The notes under the pieces are model-generated. The model was not told the origin of the DNA, did no database searches, and saw only the letters and a program-made list of their open reading frames with translations. From positions 1 to 27,009 of the IMG/VR virus record IMGVR_UViG_3300025032_000032: a stretch of 27,009 nt of DNA; one strand, given 5' to 3'. The translations under genes were made by a program, and so were the position numbers. Below are positions 1-8,493 of this stretch, piece after piece (within the stretch, counting starts at the first letter, position 1; each line of letters begins with the position of its first letter). This stretch comes from a virus. Its lineage: Duplodnaviria; Caudoviricetes.

Positions 1-77
1 GCCTTGCTGATTATTGTGCTGGGTATCTTGATGCACTTAAGAAACTAAATTGGAAACTTATTGCTATTGTAAAATGA
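1..77 (+). CDS. 3' end of an unidentified CDS (partial; ...LADYCAGYLDALKKLNWKLIAIVK*)
   Basis: Frame is open from position 3 to TGA at 75-77, which overlaps the next ATG (ATGA, 74-77), typical of translational coupling. Confidence 0.55.
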   Translation, partial: LADYCAGYLDALKKLNWKLIAIVK

Positions 78-478
78 AAACTTTTAAAGAATACTTAGCA
101 GAAGTACAAGAAGAGACCGACTCTGGTAATATCCACACAAGGGATTTATCTAAACATCTTTCTTCAGGTGAGATTAAAAGTATTCAGAAGCATCCATTCT
201 TTAATGCATATGTTTCCGGGCATCAGCCAGGTGGTGTGATTGCGGCCCGCGTAACTAAAGACCGTAACGGCTTTAAGAAAGTATACATGGGAAACTCTGA
301 TGTGCTAGATACAAAATACGGTAAGATTAGGCGCATGGTACAATTTGATATGAAGTATTCTGGTCGGTCTGTTGATAATGCTCATTTGCTTCACAACATT
401 AATAATGAACATCATACATTTGGGAACAAGAATATCAAATGGGATCTCATTAAATCATATAAGAACTACGGAAACTAA
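74..478 (+). CDS. Putative internal head protein with a capsid-targeting-like N-terminus (MKTFKEYLAE)
   Basis: ATG at 74 is preferred over TTG at 50 because of the ATGA overlap. The N-terminus resembles the T4 internal-protein capsid targeting sequence MKTYQEFIAE and is followed by a basic domain. Confidence 0.65.
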   Translation: MKTFKEYLAEVQEETDSGNIHTRDLSKHLSSGEIKSIQKHPFFNAYVSGHQPGGVIAARVTKDRNGFKKVYMGNSDVLDTKYGKIRRMVQFDMKYSGRSVDNAHLLHNINNEHHTFGNKNIKWDLIKSYKNYGN

Positions 479-479
479 A

Positions 480-1877
480 ATGAACAAAGAATTTAAAATT
501 GGTGATGTCGTAAAAGTCAATACACATCGGTATGGAACTAACACCGGTAATTACGGTACGTTCAACGTAGAGAAAGTTACACCTTCTCAGATTCATGTAT
601 ATGATCATAATACCAAAGAAGTAATGAAGTTTTTAAAACATTCGAAACGCGGAATTGGTGAACATTCTAATATGATGTTAGAAGAAGTTGAAGAAAAATT
701 AGATGAAAGAACTGGTTACGGCGAATTGCGCCATGCAGATTTTAATTTTGCAAACTCCGAACCTGTTGCTACAAAAGTACAGAAGAAATTCTACGTTAAA
801 ACTAAAGCAGGCAAAATAGTTTCAACTCACTCTAATGCATTAGATGCAGTAAAAGCTAGAGCAAAAATTGGTGATCACACCACACATTCAATTATCAAAG
901 AAGAAGTAGAAGAACTTGACGAAGCACATAAACTTAAAGATGAAGTTGAACATCTTGATGAACTTTCCGTTGATATGGCAAAGTCGTATAAGGAAAAGGT
1001 TTCTAAGAACCCGGCCCCATCTCGTACTACTCCTGATATTCTCCACAAAGCTATCCGTAGATTTGCTGGTAAAGAACGTGCAGAAGACCGCATCCATTCA
1101 GATGAAATGAAAAAGATGCAGGCCCGGCTTGGCATCAAAGAAGAAACTCTTGATGAAGCAAAGACTCATGAAGTTCGTTTAGAGTACGGTCATCAACAAG
1201 GTGATTCAGCTACATATAAGGTGAACGCTAAAGACAATGATGATGCTACAAAGAAAGCTATTGCTATTCATAGAAAAAGTTGGCCTTACCATTCTGCTAG
1301 TATGTTAGCAGGTAATTCTTATATAACTAAACTTGATGAAGAAACTATTGATGAAACGGCATATTCACCACCGAGAAAAGATGCCGATCCTTATGACGAA
1401 GATGATTATGCACCAGGAATCAATAGAGGTATCAAAACCGAAAAGCCACGCCATAAAGTTGGTGATACCGTTTATGCTTCATCATCTACTAACAAAGCGC
1501 TTACGATGACCGGCAAAGTAACCAAGATTGGTCATACATTAACCACGGTCAAGCATAAAGATGGTTCGGAAGCAAATTATCCACACAAACTTGTGAGTAA
1601 AGAATATTCCGATCTTCACACAGATCCTGCCAAGAAATATAAGCAATTCCAACGTGAACATCTCGAACAAACAGGTGAATTGCTTACTTTAACTGAAGTT
1701 AAATATATTTTGGAAAATTCTGCCGGTGGTGCAGGCGTCATCGCGCAACATGCTGGTATTAACGGTAATGCCCCAGCCGGCACCGGCAAGGTCAAGAAAA
1801 TGATGGGCAATAAAACCGATGCTACAGCCATAGCAAAAATTATAGTGAATGGTACAAATCTTAAGGAAAGTAATTAA
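480..1877 (+). CDS. Putative internal head (prohead core) polyprotein with repeated (L/I)-D-E linkers
   Basis: ATG at 480 directly follows the upstream TAA (476-478). Acidic linkers EEKLDE, EELDEA, EHLDELS, EETLDEA and EETIDET separate His/Lys-rich segments; two KOW/SH3-like starts (FKIGDVVKV, HKVGDTVYA). Confidence 0.65.
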   Translation: MNKEFKIGDVVKVNTHRYGTNTGNYGTFNVEKVTPSQIHVYDHNTKEVMKFLKHSKRGIGEHSNMMLEEVEEKLDERTGYGELRHADFNFANSEPVATKVQKKFYVKTKAGKIVSTHSNALDAVKARAKIGDHTTHSIIKEEVEELDEAHKLKDEVEHLDELSVDMAKSYKEKVSKNPAPSRTTPDILHKAIRRFAGKERAEDRIHSDEMKKMQARLGIKEETLDEAKTHEVRLEYGHQQGDSATYKVNAKDNDDATKKAIAIHRKSWPYHSASMLAGNSYITKLDEETIDETAYSPPRKDADPYDEDDYAPGINRGIKTEKPRHKVGDTVYASSSTNKALTMTGKVTKIGHTLTTVKHKDGSEANYPHKLVSKEYSDLHTDPAKKYKQFQREHLEQTGELLTLTEVKYILENSAGGAGVIAQHAGINGNAPAGTGKVKKMMGNKTDATAIAKIIVNGTNLKESN

Positions 1878-1878
1878 T

Positions 1879-2211
1879 ATGTCATATGCAAATTCAAAAC
1901 CACGGTGGTGTCCCACTGCCGAGGCAACGGAACAGGGTTGGATCAATTCTAAGAATGGGGAACTTCTAGTTTCGCTTCGTAATCTTAAAACATTGCTTGC
2001 GCAAGAAGAAGCTGCCCTAGCAGCCGCAGTTGCAACTATTCCCAAGGAAGTACCTATGCAACCAATCGTCGAAGAAGTAGTACAAGTTGTTTCTGAAGTT
2101 CAGAAACCAATTAAAGAAGAAGTAACTAAAAAGCCAAAGAAGAAACAAAAGATTCTTGGTGAAGTAGTTGAATTCAACCTCGATGACCAAGCTAAAGTTA
2201 TTGGTGAATAA
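1879..2211 (+). CDS. Conserved T4-like phage hypothetical protein (PxWCxxAxATxxGW...GELLVS motif)
   Basis: ATG at 1879 follows the previous stop, with AAGGA upstream; compact N-terminal motif followed by a low-complexity E/K/P tail. Confidence 0.6.
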   Translation: MSYANSKPRWCPTAEATEQGWINSKNGELLVSLRNLKTLLAQEEAALAAAVATIPKEVPMQPIVEEVVQVVSEVQKPIKEEVTKKPKKKQKILGEVVEFNLDDQAKVIGE

Positions 2212-2591
2212 TGGCTGATACAAAAATCTCCGCGTTAACTCCGGCCGTATCTTTAGGTAGTGTTGATATACTGCCTATTGTTCAAGCTGGAACTAATAAA
2301 TACGCAACAATGGGGCAAGTAGTAAATCTTACTAAAACACCGGTCGTAACTGTATCCGCTGGTGTTGCTGTAGCACCAACTTCTGATATCGTACTAATTT
2401 CTGGTACGGTCACACTAGCATCTGGTACAGAAGTAAAAGAAATTAAATTGGTTTCAACGGCTGCTGGCACATTAGAAGTAATGTTACAGGGAATTCCAAC
2501 TACATATACTTACATTGGCGCTGGCGCCACTATTGCTCTACTTTGGGCAAATTCTACTTGGAATGTTATTTCATTGTATGGAATGGTTTAA
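2211..2591 (+). CDS. Putative virion structural protein (fibre/decoration-like)
   Basis: MADTKISAL...DILPIVQ N-terminus typical of phage fibre/structural proteins; V/T/G/A-rich beta composition; TAATG coupling to the upstream gene. Confidence 0.55.
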   Translation: MADTKISALTPAVSLGSVDILPIVQAGTNKYATMGQVVNLTKTPVVTVSAGVAVAPTSDIVLISGTVTLASGTEVKEIKLVSTAAGTLEVMLQGIPTTYTYIGAGATIALLWANSTWNVISLYGMV

Positions 2592-2935
2592 TGATCCACA
2601 ATGACCAACACTTTTTACTGTGCGCATTCAAAGCATATGATAATCCCAAGATGATCTCAACAACTGAGTTTGATGCAGACTTAAAAAGATTTGGTTATTT
2701 AAATTCTATGCTTTTGAAGTACACCAAGGATAAAGATGGTGTGAAACTTAGAACATGTATAAATCACATCGTTATAATTTCTAACTGTTTCTGTGACCAA
2801 GCAGTAGATCTTATTAGATATAAAACTCCCGAAGAAAATAGAATTTTGACAGAAACTATCATGTACTTTTTGAAAATGACGGATAACAAAAATTCTGTGG
2901 ATTTTGATTTATTAAATACATTAGAGCAATTATGA
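2591..2935 (+). CDS. Conserved T4-like hypothetical protein (FLLxAxKxYDNP...EFDxDLKRF...NHIVIxxNxF family)
   Basis: ATG at 2591 overlaps the upstream TAA; the motif pattern is recalled as widespread in structural modules of large T4-like phages. Confidence 0.7.
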   Translation: MIHNDQHFLLCAFKAYDNPKMISTTEFDADLKRFGYLNSMLLKYTKDKDGVKLRTCINHIVIISNCFCDQAVDLIRYKTPEENRILTETIMYFLKMTDNKNSVDFDLLNTLEQL

Positions 2936-3108
2936 AGAATAAACAAGAATTAACGGAAGATGGTGCGGCCGTGGCCACCCCAAGTGTTACTGCTGGAGTT
3001 GAGGGCCCTAAACTTCCCATCAAAGTAAATAACATTTTCAAGAGAGTTCAAACTCTAAAAAAGAAAAAGAATCAAACCCGAGAACGAGATACCTCGGACT
3101 TTCTTTAA
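2932..3108 (+). CDS. Small 58-aa protein not in the ORF track (MKNKQELTEDGAAVATPSVTAGVEGPKLP...)
   Basis: ATGA overlap with the upstream stop; open to TAA at 3106-3108; fills the gap before gp18; LTE motif, then a G/A/T-rich stretch and a basic tail. Confidence 0.65.
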   Translation: MKNKQELTEDGAAVATPSVTAGVEGPKLPIKVNNIFKRVQTLKKKKNQTRERDTSDFL

Positions 3109-3115
3109 TTAAATA
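3108..3115 (+). promoter_or_regulatory. Putative late promoter (ATTAAATA) for gp18
   Basis: Resembles the T4 gp55 late -10 TATAAATA; lies ~30 nt upstream of the gp18 start, before a GGAG RBS. Confidence 0.5.
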
Positions 3116-3146
3116 ATACTATAGAATTCAAACCGGAGTATAATAT

Positions 3147-4832
3147 ATGGCAATTTATCAGCAATCCCCAGGCGTACAAGTAGTTGAAAAAGACGCATCA
3201 GCAGTTACCGTTGGACTATCTACTACGATTGGTGCTTATGTAGGTGCATTTACAAATGGCCCTGTCATGTCACCAATGTTGATCTCTAACGAGGGTGAAT
3301 TGGTGCAGGTTTTTGGTTCGCCAAATGATGATACAGCTTCCCACTTTTTTGCCGCAACAAATTTTTTATCTTACACAAATGCAATGTGGGTCGTTCGCAC
3401 GGTTGGTGCCAACTCATCTAATGCTTCTGTGTCTGGTTCCGCTCTGTTGATTGCTAACTATGACGATTATGTAGATAACCATTCATCTGGTGTGACTGCA
3501 TGGGGTCAGTTTGCTGCTCGATATCCGGGTTCAAAATACAACGGTCTTAAAATTTCAATTGCAGACTCGGCTACATTTGCAACATGGGAATATAACCAAT
3601 ACTTTACTGCCGCTCCTGGTACTTCTGACTTTGCCTCAGGCAAGGGTGGTTCCAATGATGAGCTTCACGTGATCGTTGTTGATGCTTTGGGTAAGTTTAC
3701 TGGCACCCCTGGCGCAGTCTTGGAAAAATATGAATTCCTGTCAAAGGCTTCTGATGCTATTTCCTACCAAGGCATGAGCAATTACTATGTTACAGTTTTG
3801 GGCAACCGCTCACAATATGTATACTGGTTGTCTCATGATCTTGATGGTACTAACTGGGGTTCTCCAGTCGCAAATACAATTTTTGCCGTTTTATCCCCAG
3901 TAACGCCAGCTGATCTAGTATTTACTATCTCTGGTGGTGTGGATGATGACGCTGTGACAGAAGGCGCAATGCAACTTGGTTGGGATTTATTCTTAGATTC
4001 ACAAACATACGACATCAGCTTGCTAGTTACTGGTAACGCTTCAGAAACTCTGTCTGCATACGTTGTGAATAATATTGCTGCGGTTCGTAAAGATTGTGTA
4101 GCATTTACTTCGATCAGTAAAACCGGTTCACCAATTTTTGGTACAAGTTCAACTCGTATTGCAGATGCTAAGGCATTCAAAACATTTGATTCTTCATATG
4201 CAGTTATTGACTCTGGCTACAAGTACATGTATGACAAATATAATGACAAGTACCGTTGGATTGCACTAAATGCCGATACTGCTGGCCTTTGTGCCAAAGT
4301 TGATGCTACTAATGATACATGGGCTTCTCCAGCTGGCATGACTAAAGGTCAGATCAAGGGTGCTGTCAAATTGTCTTGGAATCCAACTCAATCAGAACGT
4401 GATCAATTGTATCCAGCAGCTATCAATCCAATTATTAACCAAGTTGGTAAGGGTACTATATTGTTCGGTGATAAGACTGCTACGACAAAACCAAGTGCAT
4501 TTGACCGTATCAACGTTCGTAGATTGTTCTTGATCTTGGAAAAATCCATTGCGAATTCTGCTAAGTATCAATTGTTTGAATTGAACGACGCAATTACTCG
4601 TCTCCAATTTGTTGCTTCAGTTGAACCTTTCCTACGTGATGTAAAAGGTCGGCGCGGCATTCAAGACTTTAAGGTTATTTGTGATGAAACAAATAACACC
4701 CCACAAGTTATTGCTACTAATAATTTTGTTGGAACTATTTTGATCCGCCCTAACTATTCGATAAACTTTGTCACATTGAACTTTACAGCGGTTGGTCCAA
4801 ATGTCACATTCGATATTGCCGCCGGCACTTGA
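3147..4832 (+). CDS. gp18: Tail sheath protein
   Basis: SPGVQVVEKD N-terminus; YDKYNDKYRW, WASPAG, LFGDKT, SAFDRINVRRLF, VICDETNNTP motifs. Confidence 0.97.
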   Translation: MAIYQQSPGVQVVEKDASAVTVGLSTTIGAYVGAFTNGPVMSPMLISNEGELVQVFGSPNDDTASHFFAATNFLSYTNAMWVVRTVGANSSNASVSGSALLIANYDDYVDNHSSGVTAWGQFAARYPGSKYNGLKISIADSATFATWEYNQYFTAAPGTSDFASGKGGSNDELHVIVVDALGKFTGTPGAVLEKYEFLSKASDAISYQGMSNYYVTVLGNRSQYVYWLSHDLDGTNWGSPVANTIFAVLSPVTPADLVFTISGGVDDDAVTEGAMQLGWDLFLDSQTYDISLLVTGNASETLSAYVVNNIAAVRKDCVAFTSISKTGSPIFGTSSTRIADAKAFKTFDSSYAVIDSGYKYMYDKYNDKYRWIALNADTAGLCAKVDATNDTWASPAGMTKGQIKGAVKLSWNPTQSERDQLYPAAINPIINQVGKGTILFGDKTATTKPSAFDRINVRRLFLILEKSIANSAKYQLFELNDAITRLQFVASVEPFLRDVKGRRGIQDFKVICDETNNTPQVIATNNFVGTILIRPNYSINFVTLNFTAVGPNVTFDIAAGT

Positions 4833-4885
4833 TGAATTTCAAATTAATAGATAATGAATTCTCGGAATTCCTACTTTAAACCCAG

Positions 4886-4906
4886 GGTTTTCTAATGAAG
4901 AAAACC
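4886..4906. other. Intergenic hairpin GGTTTTCT-AATGA-AGAAAACC between gp18 and gp19
   Basis: Perfect 8-bp inverted repeat without a U-tract; may be an mRNA processing or stability element. Confidence 0.4.
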
Positions 4907-4909
4907 GAG

Positions 4910-4917
4910 AATAAATA
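4910..4917 (+). promoter_or_regulatory. Putative late promoter (AATAAATA) for gp19
   Basis: T4-type late -10-like element upstream of an AAGGAG RBS and TTG start. Confidence 0.55.
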
Positions 4918-4940
4918 AATAAACACAAGGAGAATAGATC

Positions 4941-5483
4941 TTGGCTAGAATAGATGACTTTCGTGCATTCTTAACACAGGGTGGTGCACGCCCAACACAG
5001 TTCAGAGTTAATCTGGCTTTCCCTCAAAATCTTGGTGGTGCAAATGGTGCGGCTGCTTCTGCTGTATTCATGTGTACGGCAACCTCTCTGCCAGCATCAA
5101 CAATTCAAACAATCGAAGTTCCATATCGTGGAAGAACGGTTAAATTGGCAGGTGAACGCCAATTTCAGAATTGGCAAGTCCGAGTGCTTAATGATTCTAA
5201 CTTTTTAATCCGCAAAGCTCTAGAAGTTTGGTCTGCTGGTATTTTGGAACATAGTTCTACATCCGGAGCTGTTGTACCACTTTCATACGTAGTACCTATG
5301 GAGGTTGTGCAGTTAGACCGTAATGATATGGAACTTAGAAAATATAAATTTCATAACTGCTTTCCAACTAATATTTCCGAAATTTCTCTGGACTTTGGTC
5401 AAGTTTCTCAAATTGAAGAATTCAATGTTGAATTCTCTGTTGACTATTGGACTGTGGAATCTGGTGATTCGCAAATTCGTTAA
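4941..5483 (+). CDS. gp19: Tail tube protein
   Basis: GGARPTQFRV, SLPAS, VPYRGRTVKLAGER, QLDR, FPTNIS, IEEFxVEF motifs; position between gp18 and gp20; TTG start with strong RBS. Confidence 0.96.
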   Translation: MARIDDFRAFLTQGGARPTQFRVNLAFPQNLGGANGAAASAVFMCTATSLPASTIQTIEVPYRGRTVKLAGERQFQNWQVRVLNDSNFLIRKALEVWSAGILEHSSTSGAVVPLSYVVPMEVVQLDRNDMELRKYKFHNCFPTNISEISLDFGQVSQIEEFNVEFSVDYWTVESGDSQIR

Positions 5484-5487
5484 TTAA

Positions 5488-8463
5488 ATGGCTACTGATT
5501 CTAATGGTTTGAGTCTTTTTGGTTTCAACATCACTAAAAGCAAGAATAAAGATGTTGAAACCAAATCTTTTGTTCCGGCAACAAATATTGAAGGTGGCTT
5601 AGAAGTAGCTGCTGGGTCTGGTGCCGGCTTTAATTCATATTCTGTTGACTTAGATCCATCCTCAATTAAAAACGAGGTAGAATTAGTTTCAAAATATCGT
5701 GAAATTTCTTTAGTTTCTGATATTGACTTAGCCATATCAGAAATTGTAGATGAGTTTATGGTTATCGATGAAAATGAAGAGTTAGTATCTATTGACTTTG
5801 ATCAAGAATTTGATGAAAAATATTCAAAGAAAACTAAAGAAGCGATCACAGATGAATTCAAAAATATTTTAATTTTATTGAAATTTCAGTCTATCGGACC
5901 AGACATTGCCAGAAATTGGTATATTGATGGTAGATTAGCTTATCATAAGATTATAGATAAAGATAAAACAAAAGATGGTATTAAAGAACTTCGTCCAATT
6001 GATGTAGCAAAACTAAAGCGTATCATTGAGATCAAAAAAGAAATAGATCCAAAGACTGGTATTTCTTTAGTCACAGGTCAATCGGATTATTATATCTATA
6101 CCGATAAACAAAAGAATTCTGGTATAGCTGGCCAAGGTGATCAGAAGCAAGGTATTAAAATCGCCCCTGAGTCTATTGCTTACATCACTTCTGGTTTGAT
6201 TGATAGAAATTCAAATATGGTTATCTCATATTTGCACAAAGCAATTAGACCCTTGAATCAACTCCGTATGATGGAAGATTCAGATGTTATCTACCGTCTT
6301 ACCCGTGCACCACAGCGCCGTATATTCTATATTGATACTTCTGGTATGGCACGCACCAAAGCCGAACAATATATCAAAGATGTTATGGCTCGGTACAAGA
6401 ACAAGCAAGTATATGACGTCAATACAGGCACGGTAAAAGATGCAAAAAGTCATCAGTCTATTCTTGAAGATTTCTTCCTACCAAGAACTACTGGCGGCAA
6501 GGGTACGGAAATTACTACTCTGGATGGCGCAGGCTGTTTAGCTATGGATACTAAGGTTAAGCTTTTGGACGGAAGAGATTTATCTATCTCCAAAATCAGA
6601 GATGAAATGGAATCTGGCAAAATTTTGTGGACTTATTCATGCCACCCAGAAACAGGCGAGATAGAACCCGGGTTAATTAGTTGGGCTGGTGTTACTCAAA
6701 AATCTGCTAAAGTTATGAAATTAACTTTCGATAACGGTGAAAGTTTAATCTGTACACCGGACCATAAATTCCCTATTTACAACAAAGGGTTCGTTGATGC
6801 AAAAGATTTAGAACTCAATGAAAGCATGATTCCGGTTTACACTAAAAACACAAAGATATCGGAATTTAAGAAATTAGACTACACTCAAGTATTTGATAAT
6901 GCATCTAAAGAGTGGGTATATACTCATAGATTAGTTGCGCATGCTTTAAAGGATTTGTATGTTGAAGATTATGTCTTTAATGAAGAAAATAAAAATATCA
7001 AAAAATCTATAATTCATCATAAAGACTTTAATAGATACAATAATTCACCAGAAAATCTTTGCTTTATGTCTTGGAAAGATCATCAACAATTACATACTAA
7101 GTTCTCATTTTCAAAAGAAGCATGTATTTTGGGTGGAAAAGCTGCAGCTGCAAAATTAATACATCAAAAAGAATTTGAGCCTGAAGTTTATGCTAAACAC
7201 ATTAAGCAGATGTCTTTGAAACTTAAAGAGTGGAAAGCTTCTCTTTCTACCGAAGAATATAATGATTACTGTAACTCTGTGTCCGTTGGTTTGATGGAAT
7301 ATATTTCTTCTTTAAATGCTGAAGATAGGAACACAAGAGATAACCAGTCAATTGATAATTTCATGAAGGGTAATTCTAAATTCTTGGAACTATTAAAAGA
7401 TCCAATTTATTATGAAGAATGGAATTCTAAAAATATTGCTTCCTGGAACAATGAAGAAAGAAGAAAATTAGCATCGGATAGAGCTATTGAGAATAATTCT
7501 TCTATGTGGAATAATGAAGGCCATAGAGAAAATTATAAAAAGAAGCAAAAAGCTGAACTAAGTGATGTAATTCTGAAAGGCATTATAGATCTAGTAAAGG
7601 GTAAAACGACACACCAAATGACTATTGAAGAAGTAGTTGTTTTATTGAATCAAGATGAATATTTAGTTAATGAATTTACAGAAATTAATAAAAACAAAAC
7701 ATCTAAGTTTAATAAAACTCAATTTACTACTTCTGTATTAAGAAAAGGCATTAGAAAATTTGGCTATAAAGATTGGCACGATTTTAGAAAGAAGTGTGTT
7801 TTACATAATCACAGATTAGTAAAAATTGAATATTTAGATGAACCCATAGAAGTAGGAACGTTGACGATTGATGGAACAGAAATGATCCACAATTATCATA
7901 CATTTGCATTATCATGTGGAGTCTTTACTAAAAATTCATTAGGTTCGATCGAAAATACTGAGTATTTTCAACAAAAACTTTATCAATCGCTTAATATTCC
8001 GCTGTCACGCCTCCAACAAGGTCAGGGTTCTTTTAACATCGGCCGTGGAAATGAGATCACACGTGATGAAATTAAGTTCGCCAAGTTTATTAGCAAACTT
8101 CGGTTACGTTTTAATAATCTATTCTTCGACTTACTGAAGACTCAATTGCTCTTGAAGGGTATTACTACCCTCGAAGATTGGGTTCTGATTAAAGAAAGCA
8201 TGCGTTTCCGTTATGCTAAGGATAACTTCTTTGCAGAACTAAAAGAATCGGACATGCTGCGTGAACGGCTTCAGAATGTTCAGATTGCTGATGTATATTC
8301 TGGTAAATATTTCTCAAAAGAATATATTATGAGAAATATGTTAAAACTTTCATCAGAAGAAACTGATACTATGGTTGAACAAATGGATAAAGAAGCAGAA
8401 GAACAAGCAAAAATTGCTGCTGATAATCCCGAACCAAATCCTCAGCAAGCTCAGCAGCAATAA
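5488..8463 (+). CDS. gp20: Portal vertex protein precursor containing an intein
   Basis: WYIDGR, SYLHKAIRPLNQLRMMED, IYRLTRAPQRRIFYID, EDFFLPR...GKGTEITTL, EITRDEIKF motifs; removing the intein leaves 524 aa. Confidence 0.96.
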   Translation: MATDSNGLSLFGFNITKSKNKDVETKSFVPATNIEGGLEVAAGSGAGFNSYSVDLDPSSIKNEVELVSKYREISLVSDIDLAISEIVDEFMVIDENEELVSIDFDQEFDEKYSKKTKEAITDEFKNILILLKFQSIGPDIARNWYIDGRLAYHKIIDKDKTKDGIKELRPIDVAKLKRIIEIKKEIDPKTGISLVTGQSDYYIYTDKQKNSGIAGQGDQKQGIKIAPESIAYITSGLIDRNSNMVISYLHKAIRPLNQLRMMEDSDVIYRLTRAPQRRIFYIDTSGMARTKAEQYIKDVMARYKNKQVYDVNTGTVKDAKSHQSILEDFFLPRTTGGKGTEITTLDGAGCLAMDTKVKLLDGRDLSISKIRDEMESGKILWTYSCHPETGEIEPGLISWAGVTQKSAKVMKLTFDNGESLICTPDHKFPIYNKGFVDAKDLELNESMIPVYTKNTKISEFKKLDYTQVFDNASKEWVYTHRLVAHALKDLYVEDYVFNEENKNIKKSIIHHKDFNRYNNSPENLCFMSWKDHQQLHTKFSFSKEACILGGKAAAAKLIHQKEFEPEVYAKHIKQMSLKLKEWKASLSTEEYNDYCNSVSVGLMEYISSLNAEDRNTRDNQSIDNFMKGNSKFLELLKDPIYYEEWNSKNIASWNNEERRKLASDRAIENNSSMWNNEGHRENYKKKQKAELSDVILKGIIDLVKGKTTHQMTIEEVVVLLNQDEYLVNEFTEINKNKTSKFNKTQFTTSVLRKGIRKFGYKDWHDFRKKCVLHNHRLVKIEYLDEPIEVGTLTIDGTEMIHNYHTFALSCGVFTKNSLGSIENTEYFQQKLYQSLNIPLSRLQQGQGSFNIGRGNEITRDEIKFAKFISKLRLRFNNLFFDLLKTQLLLKGITTLEDWVLIKESMRFRYAKDNFFAELKESDMLRERLQNVQIADVYSGKYFSKEYIMRNMLKLSSEETDTMVEQMDKEAEEQAKIAADNPEPNPQQAQQQ
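6535..7935 (+). mobile_element. Intein (467 aa, Cys350-Asn816 of the precursor) with an HNH homing endonuclease domain
   Basis: Block A CLAMDTKVKLLDG, block B CTPDHKF, C-terminal VGTLTIDG...HTFALSCGVFTKN followed by a Ser +1; internal YTHRLVA...IIHHKDFNRYNNSPENL HNH motif; AT-richer than the flanks. Confidence 0.93.
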
Positions 8464-8466
8464 ATA
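8459..8466 (+). promoter_or_regulatory. Putative late promoter (AATAAATA)
   Basis: Overlaps the gp20 stop, ~28 nt upstream of the next start. Confidence 0.5.
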
Positions 8467-8493
8467 ACAATAAGTAATTATAGGGACATACTC

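Noticed and set aside
372-479. Upstream extensions given by the ORF track (starts at 50, 372, 1849, 2543, 17788)
   Set aside because: They overlap upstream genes; coupled ATGs at 74, 480, 1879, 2591 and 17794 are more plausible.
4862-4873. 12-mer TCGGAATTCCTA also present inverted at 16851-16862
   Set aside because: A single 12-bp match with a palindromic core is expected by chance in 27 kb; noted only because both copies are intergenic.
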